A stretch of 64,000 nucleotides of DNA from an uncultured Phycisphaerales bacterium (GCA_963772725.1 CAVYYI010000001.1:320001-384000); one strand, 5' to 3'. Shown: positions 1 through 11,218, numbered from the stretch's first letter. The notes: a model not told the origin generated them from the sequence alone. Made by a program: numbers and translations.

Positions 1-1
1 G

Positions 2-631
2 ATGCCCAAAAAACTTGTAAGTGTAGATAATGTGCAGGCTAATTATATTGCTTGTTACGGCAACGGAAACTTTTACCTGGCGATGCTGAACCAATGCAAT
101 GACAATATAAAGGTAAGCGCAAGGTTGAATCAGTCCTTGCTGCCTGATATTGTCGGCAAAACTTATAATGTCCGTGTTTATAAAGATAATAAACCTGCCG
201 AACCGTCCAAACTCGATAACGGTAAAATAAATTTTGATATTTCAAAAAAAGGAATTACCGCCCTTGTTGTAGAGGGACTGAAAGTCAGTCCAAAGTTTCA
301 GCAGAAAATTATTGGCGGCTCTGAAGGGAAGGCATGGAAAAATGGTTATGCAGCATTGGATTTTGGTGGTACAAGGGCAATGATTCTGGATATGGGGCCG
401 CAAATGCGGAGAATATATATTTATCTGCAGGCAGCAGATGATAAATTTAAAAAGGTATCTCTCCACTATGCTGCCGATGACCAATGGAAAACAATCAGCG
501 ATGACGCTTATCCATTTGAATTTTCCATCAACCTGCCGCCCGAGGTCTCTCAATTTAAATTTAAGGTCGAGGGCATAAGCCCGAGCGGCGAAAGTACCAT
601 TTCCCAGGAAAGTGTTCTATCACAACAATAG
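2..631 (+). CDS. C-terminal part (5' end outside window) of a large protein paralogous to 2469-5354 and 5388-8318
   Basis: Shares MPKKL..D....NYIA, GITALV.EGL...PKFQQKI, LDFGG..AMI..MGP, YIYLQA and YPFEF motifs with both neighbours. Confidence 0.85.
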   Translation: MPKKLVSVDNVQANYIACYGNGNFYLAMLNQCNDNIKVSARLNQSLLPDIVGKTYNVRVYKDNKPAEPSKLDNGKINFDISKKGITALVVEGLKVSPKFQQKIIGGSEGKAWKNGYAALDFGGTRAMILDMGPQMRRIYIYLQAADDKFKKVSLHYAADDQWKTISDDAYPFEFSINLPPEVSQFKFKVEGISPSGESTISQESVLSQQ

Positions 632-680
632 AACACTATAATCAAAATATGACATCGGCAATTTAACGTTCAACGCAGCT

Positions 681-2420
681 TCAGGCTTCCTGAGCGATGG
701 CGGCTGCTTTCATTATTTTACGGTATCGCAATGTACAGAAGGCGGTAATTGCGAAAAGGGCTATTGCGAAAAAGACAAAAACACGCCATTTTGTCATATC
801 CACAAAGCTTAATCCGAGCATGATAGCACCGAAAAAGCCTGTGCACCAAGCGACAACCATAAGCGGCAGGGGACTTACCTTTGGAACGGCCAGGCCGAGT
901 TGCTCGTGCCTTTGCGTTGCTACACGTTCCCAACCGATATTTGTCCCGCGGCTGATTAGCTCCATTACCGTGAGAATCGCAACCGGCAAAGCCACCCCAA
1001 CGGCAATTTCCATTGTCCTGGTATTAGCGGTAAGCCATTCACTTAAGGCTTTGAGGTTTTCTATTCCGGTGAGAAAGCCGCCTTTCATCAAGCCGAATTT
1101 CATTATAGCACCAAGTGTAAAGCAGATGCCGCCGGTAGTCCAGACGGCGTTTGTACTGAGCCGCTTGCTGAATAGACCCCAGACCGATGGCGCCAGCAGG
1201 GGACCGACTATCAGACTTGTTATGCTCAGTATAACCTTTTCCGCTCCGCCCATTTTGGGTACTGATACAGCAATAAGAATAAGTATTAAACCGAGAATAA
1301 AAGTCATAACCCTGCCCACATAAACCAGATGCTCTTCGGTGGATTTAGGCTTAAAAAGAGCACGATAAAAATCACTCATCAGCACACCGGCAAAAACGTT
1401 AAGCTGACCGCTGATTGCCGCGGATGTGGATGATAACATTGCGGCAAGCATCATTCCCATCATGCCACTTGGCAGAACAGTCCGACAGGCAAGAATATAT
1501 GCCTCTTCAGGATTTGCGTTGGGGTTAATCGCCTTATAGAGTATCGGCGGCAGCATCCAGAGAAATGGGCTGATTAGATAAAGGACGCCGAAAAGATATG
1601 CGGCTTTGCGGGCATCTTTCGGGGTTGGTACACAGAGAAACCTCTGAACAAATGCCCATTCCGCTCCAACCATGAAGAAATGAATTGCGCACCAGCCTGC
1701 CAGGAAAAACCATGTGAATTCACTTGTTGTCGGAACAAAAAAACTTTTAGGCACTGCTTCGGCGAACTTGCCTATGCCGCCAATTTGCATAATTGCCAGA
1801 GGCACAACGAATATTACAGCCAGATTAAGAACTATAAACTGAAGCACGTCTGCCATAAGGACAGCCCAGAGGCCGCCTGCGACTGTGTAGAAAATTATAA
1901 TAGCCCCGAACAAAAGGACCGCCCACTTCAGTGCCAGGTTTCCTGTAACTGGGTCACGCAGGAAATTCCCTTCGCCCAGCGGCATCAACGCAACGAGTAA
2001 AACAGATAACGAATAGAGAGCGACGCCCATACCGAGCATACGGTAGAACATCATTGTCCATGCATAGAAATGGATAGCTCCTTTGCCGAATCGCAGTTGT
2101 ATATATTCAGCCGGAGTCCTGATACCGAGAGTTCGCCAATGTTCAGCGACAAAACGACCGACTAACAGTCCTGCGACGCCGTAGCACATATTAATGCTTA
2201 TGGCCACTAATCCGTACTTGTAGCCGATGCCGCCCCAGACAACAAAAGTTCCAGCCGTGAACATAGTCATAAAGCCGCTCGTGCCTGCCACCCACCAGGG
2301 ACTCTGGCTCCCCGCGGCGAACATATCCTTGGAATTTTTGATTTTCCTGCTGCAGATGCCGCCGATAGCGAAAATCCCCACAATGTAAAGCATCAGAACC
2401 ACATAATCAGCTATTGTCAT
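681..2420 (-). CDS. Sodium:solute symporter (SSS) family transporter
   Basis: ~13-14 hydrophobic segments; SSS motifs PWWVAGTS, TPAEYIQLRFG, YTVAGGLWAV..ADVLQF, VQRFL. Confidence 0.93.
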   Translation of the reverse strand: MTIADYVVLMLYIVGIFAIGGICSRKIKNSKDMFAAGSQSPWWVAGTSGFMTMFTAGTFVVWGGIGYKYGLVAISINMCYGVAGLLVGRFVAEHWRTLGIRTPAEYIQLRFGKGAIHFYAWTMMFYRMLGMGVALYSLSVLLVALMPLGEGNFLRDPVTGNLALKWAVLLFGAIIIFYTVAGGLWAVLMADVLQFIVLNLAVIFVVPLAIMQIGGIGKFAEAVPKSFFVPTTSEFTWFFLAGWCAIHFFMVGAEWAFVQRFLCVPTPKDARKAAYLFGVLYLISPFLWMLPPILYKAINPNANPEEAYILACRTVLPSGMMGMMLAAMLSSTSAAISGQLNVFAGVLMSDFYRALFKPKSTEEHLVYVGRVMTFILGLILILIAVSVPKMGGAEKVILSITSLIVGPLLAPSVWGLFSKRLSTNAVWTTGGICFTLGAIMKFGLMKGGFLTGIENLKALSEWLTANTRTMEIAVGVALPVAILTVMELISRGTNIGWERVATQRHEQLGLAVPKVSPLPLMVVAWCTGFFGAIMLGLSFVDMTKWRVFVFFAIALFAITAFCTLRYRKIMKAAAIAQEA

Positions 2421-2468
2421 AAAGTTTCTCCTATTTTTTATTAATCTTTTTTTACAGTTTTTTCTATG

Positions 2469-5354
2469 CTATTTTGAAAGAGCGGCAATTTCGGAAAGTG
2501 TTTTTCCCCCGTTGGTGCCAACGGCCTCAAGTTTAAATTCAAATTTACTGTCTGCTAATGTAAGAGGGACGGTGAATTCGAAAGGATAAGCATTGTCTGT
2601 CATTTCTTTCCATTGCTGGCCGCAGGTATATTTAAGAGTAACCTCCTTAAATGTGTCGCCTGTCGCCTGCAGATAAATATAGGCCGATGTAAGTTCCGGT
2701 CCCATATTGATGATTATAGCTTTTGCGCCCCCGAAGTCGAGCGTTGTGTTGTCTTTCTTCCATGGATTAATATCCTTAGCCAAAACTTTCTGTTGAAATT
2801 TTGTTTTGACGTCGAGTCCCTCTATAATCAGGGCTGTAATTCCCTGCGGAGCGACTGAAACTGTTGTTTGACCGTCAATAAGTTTAAGGGATTTAGCGGG
2901 CTTATTCTGCTGCATTACGCGAATGTTATATGCAAGACCTTTTTTAAGCCCGACAAGTTCAGGATTCAGACTAAGGGTACTTGTTACACAATCATTCGAC
3001 TGGTTAGTAAAGGCTATGCAAAGTTTGTTGTCGCCGCGGGCAGCGATGTAATTGAGCTCAATTGAATCAGTTTTAAGAAGATTTTTCGGCATCCAAAGCC
3101 ACACGTTCTTTTCATCATAGAATTTTCCGGCGCGGTCGCCATAAACCTTATTGCGTACATAAGCGTAACCTTCGGCATATTGTGACGGAAAATCAATCCT
3201 GCCTTCTGAACGATTGAAAACATCGGAGACAAGGTAGTCAAGAACCATTGCGATATGTGTCCATGGGTGATTGTAGTGCAGTGAAGTGGCTGAATTCAAC
3301 TCTTCGAGGGAGCAGAGAGGGAATTCAGGTTTTTCATAAACGGTCGTCCTGGCTGTATTCATATGATAGCCGGGGAAATTAGTGTATCTGCCGATAACAG
3401 CTGAACGTGCGATATCGTGCAGGAAGTTGTCTTTGAAATAATATGCAAGCCGTAGCATCCAGGGTGCGTGAGTTGTCAGGAGGATACCCCGATGGCCTTT
3501 ACACGTGCCTGATGATTCTGGTGTAAGGCCGATTTCCGAGACTCGCCACGCTGGTACCCATTCTGTCGCTATTTTAATTGGCTTAAGCCCTTTACCCGTA
3601 CGATAGCTTGGAGCAAAACCGGTTTCATTAACCAGCACTTCGGTATCCGGTATTAACGGACACAGCCAGATAAACTGTGTAAAATCACGAGCGCCGGCCA
3701 GCGATGCATCGAGATACCGCTGCTGATGTGTCTGTTCATATAACTCATACAGTTCCATCCATTGTGGTGCATAGGAAGTCCAGAAGAACATTCCTCGCGA
3801 CTCGGGGTCGCTAAAGTCGGTTTGAGGTGTTTTTATTCTTGCGGCGAGATAAGTGTCAGCTCCTTTGCAGGCTTTATCGAGATATTTTTTATCGCCCGTT
3901 GCGCGATAAAGCGCCATTGCATCCTGCCATCTGTTTGCGGCCTCCTCTACATCGAGATTAAGAATGCGGACTTTTCCACTATTGAATAGTTTTTCGGCAG
4001 ATTCGAGAAAAATGGTGCTTCTATTCTGCGAAATACTATAAAGAGCGGTAAGTTCCGAGACTGGCACGCCAGGGCCGTCTATTCGCGAGGAAGCGGATTG
4101 ACCTTTTATCTTGGGATTGGTCGTGAAGAGAAATTTTTCACGCGACATAGAATATTCCATCATTGGTCTTGCTCGCTTTGTGTAAATTTCTTCATTATCA
4201 GTCACCATCGCCATCGCCATCGGATGCAGCGAGCCGATATTCTTTACCGCGCCGGGTACGTCTGTCGCGTAAGAGCAACCGCGAAGGTCATCGACAAACA
4301 TACTGTACTTGCTCAGGCCATAGTCAATCATATTATCCAGGGTGGTGTTCAGCGAGCATAATGCATTGTTGCGGAAATCGTTGAAACCGTAAATATGCCG
4401 GGCAATATATTCGTATGTTTCGGTACAATTGCCGGGATGAACCAGAAGCTTCATACGGAAAGCAAAAGGCATAGTCTTTTGCATAAAGGAATTCAACCCG
4501 CCGAGAACAGGTGCGAAAAGCATCGGCTGGGCTTTGCCGTCCGCGTTACGAACAAGAACGCCGAAAAGAGAATTGGCATTAGTCGGCATCGGCTGAAAGC
4601 CCAGTTCCGCCGGGTCAGCGACTACGCCGATTGTTATTCCGTCTTTAGTAACAAGTGTTGTTGGAAGAGGACATTGAAAAGATGCGGTGATATATGAATC
4701 ATTTGGGAATCTCTTTTCATGCCAAATCATCGGTTGCCACATTCCGTCAATCTTTTTGATATCGGCTTGTGGTGCGCCGGTATAGCCAACCGAAAACCAC
4801 GCAGTTTTCTTTGGAGTAAATATCAGATTCAGCTGCGGCTCTGAGCTGCCGGCAGGCAATTCTATTTTTACAGCTAATTCGAAGTCTGGATGTTCCGGAA
4901 AAATCCACTGGATAGTATTCTGTGAAAAAACAGCTTTTGATGCGGTAACTGTAACATAAGGGGCAGCATGAAAATAGTTGGCTGTTCGACCTTTGCCATA
5001 AGTCTGGTCTGTTTGCGGATTGAAACCGTCTTCGATATGAGCATTAGGGTCTGATTTCTTTATGACATCTCTTCCCCATGTCCAGATATTATACATATTT
5101 TCAAGTTTCTTCTCGCCGAACTGTCCCCATCGAAGGGCAGGTTGCGGGTCGCTGTCTGAAATTAAAATTGTAAATCTCGGCTCGAAAATTTGCGGTTGGG
5201 CTTTATCCGCCTGGATAATCAGACTGCCGTTTTCCTGGACAGTAATTTTATACGCGTCGTTTCGCAGGATAGTCTCGCCGGTTTTGGCTGACAGGACGCC
5301 GCAAAGAACAAAAACTATCACAAGACTCAACATGGTATTCGATTTAAGCTGCAT
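2469..5354 (-). CDS. Large secreted protein of unknown function, possible alpha/alpha-toroid carbohydrate-active enzyme
   Basis: 961 aa, N-terminal signal peptide; helical-hairpin motifs ALYRATGDKKYLDKA and ELYEQTHQQRYLDA. Confidence 0.75.
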   Translation of the reverse strand: MQLKSNTMLSLVIVFVLCGVLSAKTGETILRNDAYKITVQENGSLIIQADKAQPQIFEPRFTILISDSDPQPALRWGQFGEKKLENMYNIWTWGRDVIKKSDPNAHIEDGFNPQTDQTYGKGRTANYFHAAPYVTVTASKAVFSQNTIQWIFPEHPDFELAVKIELPAGSSEPQLNLIFTPKKTAWFSVGYTGAPQADIKKIDGMWQPMIWHEKRFPNDSYITASFQCPLPTTLVTKDGITIGVVADPAELGFQPMPTNANSLFGVLVRNADGKAQPMLFAPVLGGLNSFMQKTMPFAFRMKLLVHPGNCTETYEYIARHIYGFNDFRNNALCSLNTTLDNMIDYGLSKYSMFVDDLRGCSYATDVPGAVKNIGSLHPMAMAMVTDNEEIYTKRARPMMEYSMSREKFLFTTNPKIKGQSASSRIDGPGVPVSELTALYSISQNRSTIFLESAEKLFNSGKVRILNLDVEEAANRWQDAMALYRATGDKKYLDKACKGADTYLAARIKTPQTDFSDPESRGMFFWTSYAPQWMELYELYEQTHQQRYLDASLAGARDFTQFIWLCPLIPDTEVLVNETGFAPSYRTGKGLKPIKIATEWVPAWRVSEIGLTPESSGTCKGHRGILLTTHAPWMLRLAYYFKDNFLHDIARSAVIGRYTNFPGYHMNTARTTVYEKPEFPLCSLEELNSATSLHYNHPWTHIAMVLDYLVSDVFNRSEGRIDFPSQYAEGYAYVRNKVYGDRAGKFYDEKNVWLWMPKNLLKTDSIELNYIAARGDNKLCIAFTNQSNDCVTSTLSLNPELVGLKKGLAYNIRVMQQNKPAKSLKLIDGQTTVSVAPQGITALIIEGLDVKTKFQQKVLAKDINPWKKDNTTLDFGGAKAIIINMGPELTSAYIYLQATGDTFKEVTLKYTCGQQWKEMTDNAYPFEFTVPLTLADSKFEFKLEAVGTNGGKTLSEIAALSK

Positions 5355-5387
5355 ACTTACTCCTTTTAATTATATCATATTATTGTT

Positions 5388-8318
5388 TTATCGTTGCAAT
5401 GTTGTATTTTCGGATTTTTTGATTTTGTTGTCAATACCAACGGTTTCCACATTAAACTTGAACTTTTTATTGTTATTGGGCAATGGAACAGTAAATTCGA
5501 ATGGGTAGGAGTTGTCCTTAACGCTTTGCTGTGGGCTGTCATCAATAGCATAGTTTAATGTAACCTCTTTGAGTTTATCATCGGACTCCTGAAGATACAC
5601 ATAAGCATTACACAAGCCATCGCCCATATTGAGAATCATAGCGTGAGTCTTTCCGACAGTAAGTGTTGTATAATCTTTTTTCCATGCGTCTATGTCGGAG
5701 TGGTTAATGATTTTCTGCTGGAATTTTGGTTTTATTTCCAGACCGTCAATCACCAACGTAGTTATCCCCATCGGGGCAACCGAAATTTTAATAGAGCCGT
5801 TATTCAGCGATGCCTGTTCTTCCGGGCCGTTTTCATGTCGAACACGGACACTGTATTTTTTGCCGTCTTCTAATTTTACAACATCAGGATTGATGCTTAC
5901 GTTAGAGGTTATCTTCTCCGCCGACTGGTTTGTTAAGGCGATACAAAGCTTATTGTCCCCGCGGGCGGCGATATAATTAAGCTCAACGGAATCTATTTTT
6001 AACAGTTTTTTGGGCATCCAGAGGAAAACGTCTTTGTCATCATAAAATGTGCCGGCCTTATGCCCATAGAATTTATCTTTCAGATATGCATATCCTTCAA
6101 TGTACTGGGAGGGAAAATCTATTTTGCCTTGCGACCTTGCGAATGCGTCTGTTACGAGAAAATCAAGCAGAATAGATATGTGCGGCCAGATATGATTGTA
6201 ATGGAAGGAATTGACACTGAGTTCCTTGTGTTCCCGCAGCGGATAATCGGCTTTCTCATAAGCCGTGGTGCGTGCCGTATTGATATGATAGCCTGGGAAA
6301 TTGCAATAACGTCCGATGATTGCGTTGCGGGCTATATCGTGAAGAAATTTATCGCCTGTGTAATAACTTAGTCGCAGCATCCATCGCGCATGATGCGCCA
6401 TAAATACACCGCGATGACCCACACTTGTACCCAGTGCCTCAGCTACCAGTCCCATTTCTGAAAGCCGCCACGCCGGAACCATCTCTTCAGGCACTTCCAT
6501 CTGCTTATGTCCCTTCCCTGCGAGATACCAGTATAAAGGTGCTTTGCCTCCTTTATTTACGAGAATATCTCCCTCTGGAACTGCCGGACACATCCATGCA
6601 TACATTGCGTACATCCTTGCCCCTTTGTGTGCCGCGTCGAGATAACGTTTTTCTCCGGTAGCTTCGTACAAATCAAGCAGCTCAACCCAATTAGGTGAAA
6701 ATTCATACCAAAAAGAGCCTCTTTCCGGGTCCTTGAAATCTGTCTGGACTTTGTCAATCCTTCGAGCAATGTAGGCATCGGCGCCGGTTTTGGCTTTCTC
6801 AAGGTAACTTTTATCACCTGTTGCCCTGTATAAGGCGAGAAGATTTTTCCACGACTTACCCTTTTCTTTGGTTTCGAGGTTAAGAACTCGGGTTTTGCCA
6901 AGAGTGTTTTCGGCGAAATTGAGAAATACAGGATTGGTCTTGTTAGTAATATCGTAAAGAGCAGCCAGTTCCGTGGTCGGTGCGCAGGGGCCTTTCATAG
7001 CGGAAGAAGGGCTTTGTATTTTCTGCTCTTTATTCAATGAGAAAAGGAGTTTTTCACGAGACATCAAAAATTCGATAATTGGATAAGCACGGGTGCGGAA
7101 AATATCTTCATTATCTGTAACCAATGCCATCTCAAGCGGATTGAGCGATGAAACGTTTTTAACGGCGCCGGGGACATCAGTCTCGTAGCAGCAGCCTTTG
7201 AGCACGTCATCGAAGCGGCTGAATTTACTCAGGCCGTAATCTATTTCGTTTTCGAGGGTCTGATTTAGCGAACAAAGGCCGTTGTTATGCCGAAAGTCTT
7301 TGAAACCGTAAATCTTTCTTGCAATTGTTTCAAAAGCGGTGGAGCAGTTGCCGGGGTTGATAAAAAGCCGCATAGCGAATTTGTATGTGTCGCCTTCTTT
7401 CATATTAGACCCGACACCGCCAAGCACTGGGGCGAAAACCATCGGCTGAACATTGCCTTGAGCGTTGCGAATGGCTACGCCGAAACGGTTATTGTAACGT
7501 GTCGGCAAAGGGTCGAAAGGAAACTCCGCAGGATCCACCACAACACCGATTGTAGCATTGTTCTTGGTGAAAAAGGCGCTTGGTATGGAACAGCGAAACG
7601 CCAGAGCTATATATGACTTATCTGGAAACCGCTTTTCCTGCCAAAACATAGGCTGCCATATTTCACTGACGTCATCGAGCTTGAATTGCGGCGCTCCGGT
7701 GTAGCCGACAGAGTAGTAACCGTTCTTTTTGGGTTTGAATGTAAATATCAAAACAGGTTCCGCCTCTCCCTGCGGCAATGTGAGTTTCGCTTCGAATGAA
7801 AAGGATGGATGAGCAGGGAATGTCCAGTAAATCCCGTCGTTTTTAGCGGCAGCACCGGAGGCGGCAATAGTTGTTGTTGGGGCAGCCTTGAAAAGGTCGT
7901 CTGTGCGCCTTTTTCTTCCGCCCAGTATGATACTCTCATCAAATCCGTCCCCGCCCGACGTCGAAGACGGTTTAATCTCTTTTAGTGTTGTATCGGGAGA
8001 AAGCTTTACATCTTTTACCTCCCACGTTGGACAGTTATACTCATGCATTGTATCTGATGGACGCAGTGCTAGGTTCGGGTCTTTTGTCGTGCGAAAAACG
8101 GTGAAGACAGGTTTGAAAACCCACGAGCCTGCATCCTTAGAGGTAATTTCGATAGAAGTTTTCTGCATAACCCGAATCTGATATCGGTCGTTTTTTAATA
8201 TTTCTCCTGATGCAAAAAGGGAAGTGCAAAAAAAGACTGATAAAATAAAAGTCATTACAGCGAAAAGAGAAACTGGAAACAACGCTCCGTTTGTATAGAT
8301 AATTTTTTTGTAACTCAT
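5388..8318 (-). CDS. Large secreted protein of unknown function, paralog of 2469-5354
   Basis: 976 aa, signal peptide; colinear motifs TDVPGAVKN, NFPGYH.NTARTT.YEK, HYNH.W.HI, FPSQY.EGYAY. Confidence 0.75.
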   Translation of the reverse strand: MSYKKIIYTNGALFPVSLFAVMTFILSVFFCTSLFASGEILKNDRYQIRVMQKTSIEITSKDAGSWVFKPVFTVFRTTKDPNLALRPSDTMHEYNCPTWEVKDVKLSPDTTLKEIKPSSTSGGDGFDESIILGGRKRRTDDLFKAAPTTTIAASGAAAKNDGIYWTFPAHPSFSFEAKLTLPQGEAEPVLIFTFKPKKNGYYSVGYTGAPQFKLDDVSEIWQPMFWQEKRFPDKSYIALAFRCSIPSAFFTKNNATIGVVVDPAEFPFDPLPTRYNNRFGVAIRNAQGNVQPMVFAPVLGGVGSNMKEGDTYKFAMRLFINPGNCSTAFETIARKIYGFKDFRHNNGLCSLNQTLENEIDYGLSKFSRFDDVLKGCCYETDVPGAVKNVSSLNPLEMALVTDNEDIFRTRAYPIIEFLMSREKLLFSLNKEQKIQSPSSAMKGPCAPTTELAALYDITNKTNPVFLNFAENTLGKTRVLNLETKEKGKSWKNLLALYRATGDKSYLEKAKTGADAYIARRIDKVQTDFKDPERGSFWYEFSPNWVELLDLYEATGEKRYLDAAHKGARMYAMYAWMCPAVPEGDILVNKGGKAPLYWYLAGKGHKQMEVPEEMVPAWRLSEMGLVAEALGTSVGHRGVFMAHHARWMLRLSYYTGDKFLHDIARNAIIGRYCNFPGYHINTARTTAYEKADYPLREHKELSVNSFHYNHIWPHISILLDFLVTDAFARSQGKIDFPSQYIEGYAYLKDKFYGHKAGTFYDDKDVFLWMPKKLLKIDSVELNYIAARGDNKLCIALTNQSAEKITSNVSINPDVVKLEDGKKYSVRVRHENGPEEQASLNNGSIKISVAPMGITTLVIDGLEIKPKFQQKIINHSDIDAWKKDYTTLTVGKTHAMILNMGDGLCNAYVYLQESDDKLKEVTLNYAIDDSPQQSVKDNSYPFEFTVPLPNNNKKFKFNVETVGIDNKIKKSENTTLQR

Positions 8319-8475
8319 AATCTTTTGCGATCCTTTATATTTTGATAATATTCAAAAAACTTTTATTTTTTTGGTCATACTGAAGTATTATGGAAAAAAA
8401 TTACTGAAGATTGCGTCTTAACATCCGTTCTAAACAAATCCATTATAACTCCATTATTAAAATCATAAAAACACT

Positions 8476-8541
8476 ATTCTAATAGCTTATATGTTATTAT
8501 GCAACACCATTATGCGTCAAAATCTAACCATTATGCGACAA
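8476..8541 (-). promoter_or_regulatory. Sigma70-type promoter with an upstream tandem direct-repeat operator
   Basis: Minus strand TTGCAT(8504-8499)-17 nt-TAGAAT(8481-8476); ACCATTATGCG(T/A)CAA at 8506-8520 and 8527-8541, 21-bp period. Confidence 0.7.
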
Positions 8542-8590
8542 CTGTATTATAAAAGAAAACCAGTAGCTAATAAAAATTTATAGAGTTTGC

Positions 8591-10419
8591 TTAAGGTTTC
8601 GTCGAACTCATACCCTGTAACGAGGGTTTTCCCACGCCTTTTTTCATCAGGCCTTTGAGCTCATCCAGATATTTTTCATAAACACCGCGCGGGTTGGTGT
8701 TGTGCTTTTTACACAGCGAAGCGGCCATGCCCGCGACCTCTCCCATCATTCCGCATGTTCGCATTACTCTCACTGCCCCGAGTGCTTCGTGTGTTACGCT
8801 GATATCCCGCCCAGCCATAAACAGATTTTCTATATTGCGGGAATAAAGGCAGCGATATGGCAGCCAGTAAGGTACTTCGTATATCGCCCCATAAGTTTTA
8901 GCGATAAATTCGTTATTTTCGAAACCGCTCCGGTAAGGTTCTGACGGTAGATGTAAGTCTATAGGCCAGCTTAAGGGCACACAGCCGTCGGGATATTGTT
9001 TGCCGGAAGTGATATCTTCCTGGCTGAGAACAACATCGCCCAGCAGCCGCCGTGATTCTCGCTTGCCGGCTGTGTATGCCGCCCAGATGAGTTTATAATT
9101 AGGATATACTTTATCTGTATTTTTAAGGCAGTCCCAAGCCCCGTACATCGCCCGAAAATTCCAGTCCCGAATATACTCTGCTTCCTTAAACGCATTGCGA
9201 TAAAATCCGCTTTCCCAGAACCAGTCCCCAAGTGCGTTAAGCTCCTTTCGCTCCTTGCCGACGGTATTGTTTCCTCTCCCCGGAAACGGTTTATCGCTCA
9301 AGTCCAGTGCCCAGGGACATCTTGGAAACGCGGAAGCTTTGCCGGTATCTGCGACTCGCCACGGATTAGACGGCCCCATATGACCTTTGGAAGTGATATC
9401 GAAATCCGCACCTGCCAGAAAGCCGATAGTTCCGTCGCTCGTACAGTCCGCGAAAAGAGGGGCGGCAAACCGCAGTCGCCGTCCTGTTCTGATATGCTCG
9501 GCTATTATCGCCTTGATTTTTTTGCCTTCCGATTCGACCTTCATTGCGTACATTTCCAGAAACAAAGAAATGTTCTTTTCATTTTGCACTGCCTGAAGTT
9601 TTTTGTCGTCCTCGTAATTCGAAGCATCCTGTGCTATCCCTCTGCCAAGGTTCCCGATTTCCTTAACGACATCACCTATCGCCGGGTAAGGCTGAAAATT
9701 AGTTTTTCCCCCGAGATGAACCCGCACTTCAGAACTGTTGTTTCCGCCAAGTACGCTCCTGTCCTGAATCATCGCGACTTTCATTCCAAGCCTCGCCGCT
9801 GTAACAGCGGTACATATCCCCGACATTCCCCCCCCGACAACAACCAGTTCATATTGACCTGCCTCGTCCGGCTTTTCAGGGAGTTTGGTTATCTGCCTGC
9901 GAAATTTTGCCAGTTCCTCCGTTTTATCGGATGGGATAAAACCGGCATCATTCGAAAAAACTATCGCGTCACACCGTCCTTCAAAGCCTGTAAGGTCGTG
10001 CAGTGCGAGCTTAGTCTGATTTTGTGTTATCTCTATAGTTTCCCCGTCCTGCCAGTGCCAGTCTGCCCCTTCTGTGCCGAAAGTTGGTCCTGACAATTTA
10101 TTATTAATAAGAAGTTGAAATTTACCCGGCGTCCCCGGCGCCTTCCAGGGAAGCTGCCCAGTCTCGAGTTCTTACCCAGAGATGATATTTCCCTAAAGCC
10201 GAAAATTCCACAGTTGTAACCGCATCCTCTACGGGTGTGCCCCAGACCGTGTGCGAGCAGAAATGGCGAGCCCATCTGCTCAATAAACTGCTGGTCAACA
10301 ACCCATCCGCCGGGATTTTTAAAACGCTCTGCTTCGACCAGCACAGTTTCCGCTTGAGTTATGCCGACTATTGATAATATAAGAACTGCGACTATTGCTC
10401 TTTTGATAATTATCTTCAC
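8591..10419 (-). CDS. Secreted FAD-dependent oxidoreductase (FAD_oxidored-like), split by two frameshifts (~10240, ~10152)
   Basis: Signal peptide and [16 protein letters not shown]-terminus in 10033-10419; [12 protein letters not shown] motif, [38 protein letters not shown] in 8591-10096. Confidence 0.88.
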
Positions 10420-10564
10420 TTTAATTTTTTCCTCTCACTTGTTCTGGTTTAGCTTAATAGCTTTTACGTATCGAAGGTTAATCAAAACCATATTATACAC
10501 TGAACTAACCATCCGATAAAGACCTTTCACTCTTAACCCGTCCGAATTTTTATTACCTTCACCA

Positions 10565-10592
10565 TTGATTATATCTTTGCTGAAGATATAAT
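10565..10592 (+). promoter_or_regulatory. Putative sigma70 promoter for marC-coaE
   Basis: TTGATT-16 nt-TATAAT. Confidence 0.45.
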
Positions 10593-10636
10593 GGCAAAGC
10601 AAATATTCTGTGGGTTTTTTACTGTTGAGGCTTTAT

Positions 10637-11218
10637 ATGTTAAAAGATTTTCTGCTGGCGATTGTCCCGATTTTCGTTGCCGTTGACGCCTTTGGCGTGC
10701 TTCCTATTTTTGTCTCACTCACTGAAGGACTCACACCTAAAGAAAAAAACAGTATTATTCTTCAATCGATGTTGACCGCACTCATTCTGGCGGTCGGTTT
10801 CATCTTTTTAGGGCAGGCTATTTTCCGCCTGCTCGGTATTACCGTCAGCGATTTTATGATTGCAGGCGGCGCGATTTTGTTCTGTATCGCCATTACTGAC
10901 ATTATCAATCCCGTAAAAGCCAGACGCATACCGAACGCCGAACTCGGTGCCGTTCCGCTCGGCACACCTCTCATTGTCGGACCGGCCGTCCTGACAACAA
11001 CGATGATTATTATCTCTGAGTATGGGGTAACAGCTACTCTGACTTCGGTTATAGTAAATATCTTTTTCGCGGGGTTTGTCTTCAACTCCTCTGGCGTGCT
11101 TATCAGGATTCTTGGCGAGGCTGGCACAAAAGCACTCTCGAAAGTTATGAGCCTTTTACTGGCCGCTATCGCCGTTATGATGCTCCGAAAAGGTTTATTT
11201 ACAATTCTCGGCAGGTGA
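10637..11218 (+). CDS. MarC family membrane protein
   Basis: VD.FG.LPIF, F.IAGG.ILF, VPLGTPLIVGPA, LLLAAIAV motifs; ATG at 10637 preferred over GTG at 10610. Confidence 0.9.
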   Translation: MLKDFLLAIVPIFVAVDAFGVLPIFVSLTEGLTPKEKNSIILQSMLTALILAVGFIFLGQAIFRLLGITVSDFMIAGGAILFCIAITDIINPVKARRIPNAELGAVPLGTPLIVGPAVLTTTMIIISEYGVTATLTSVIVNIFFAGFVFNSSGVLIRILGEAGTKALSKVMSLLLAAIAVMMLRKGLFTILGR

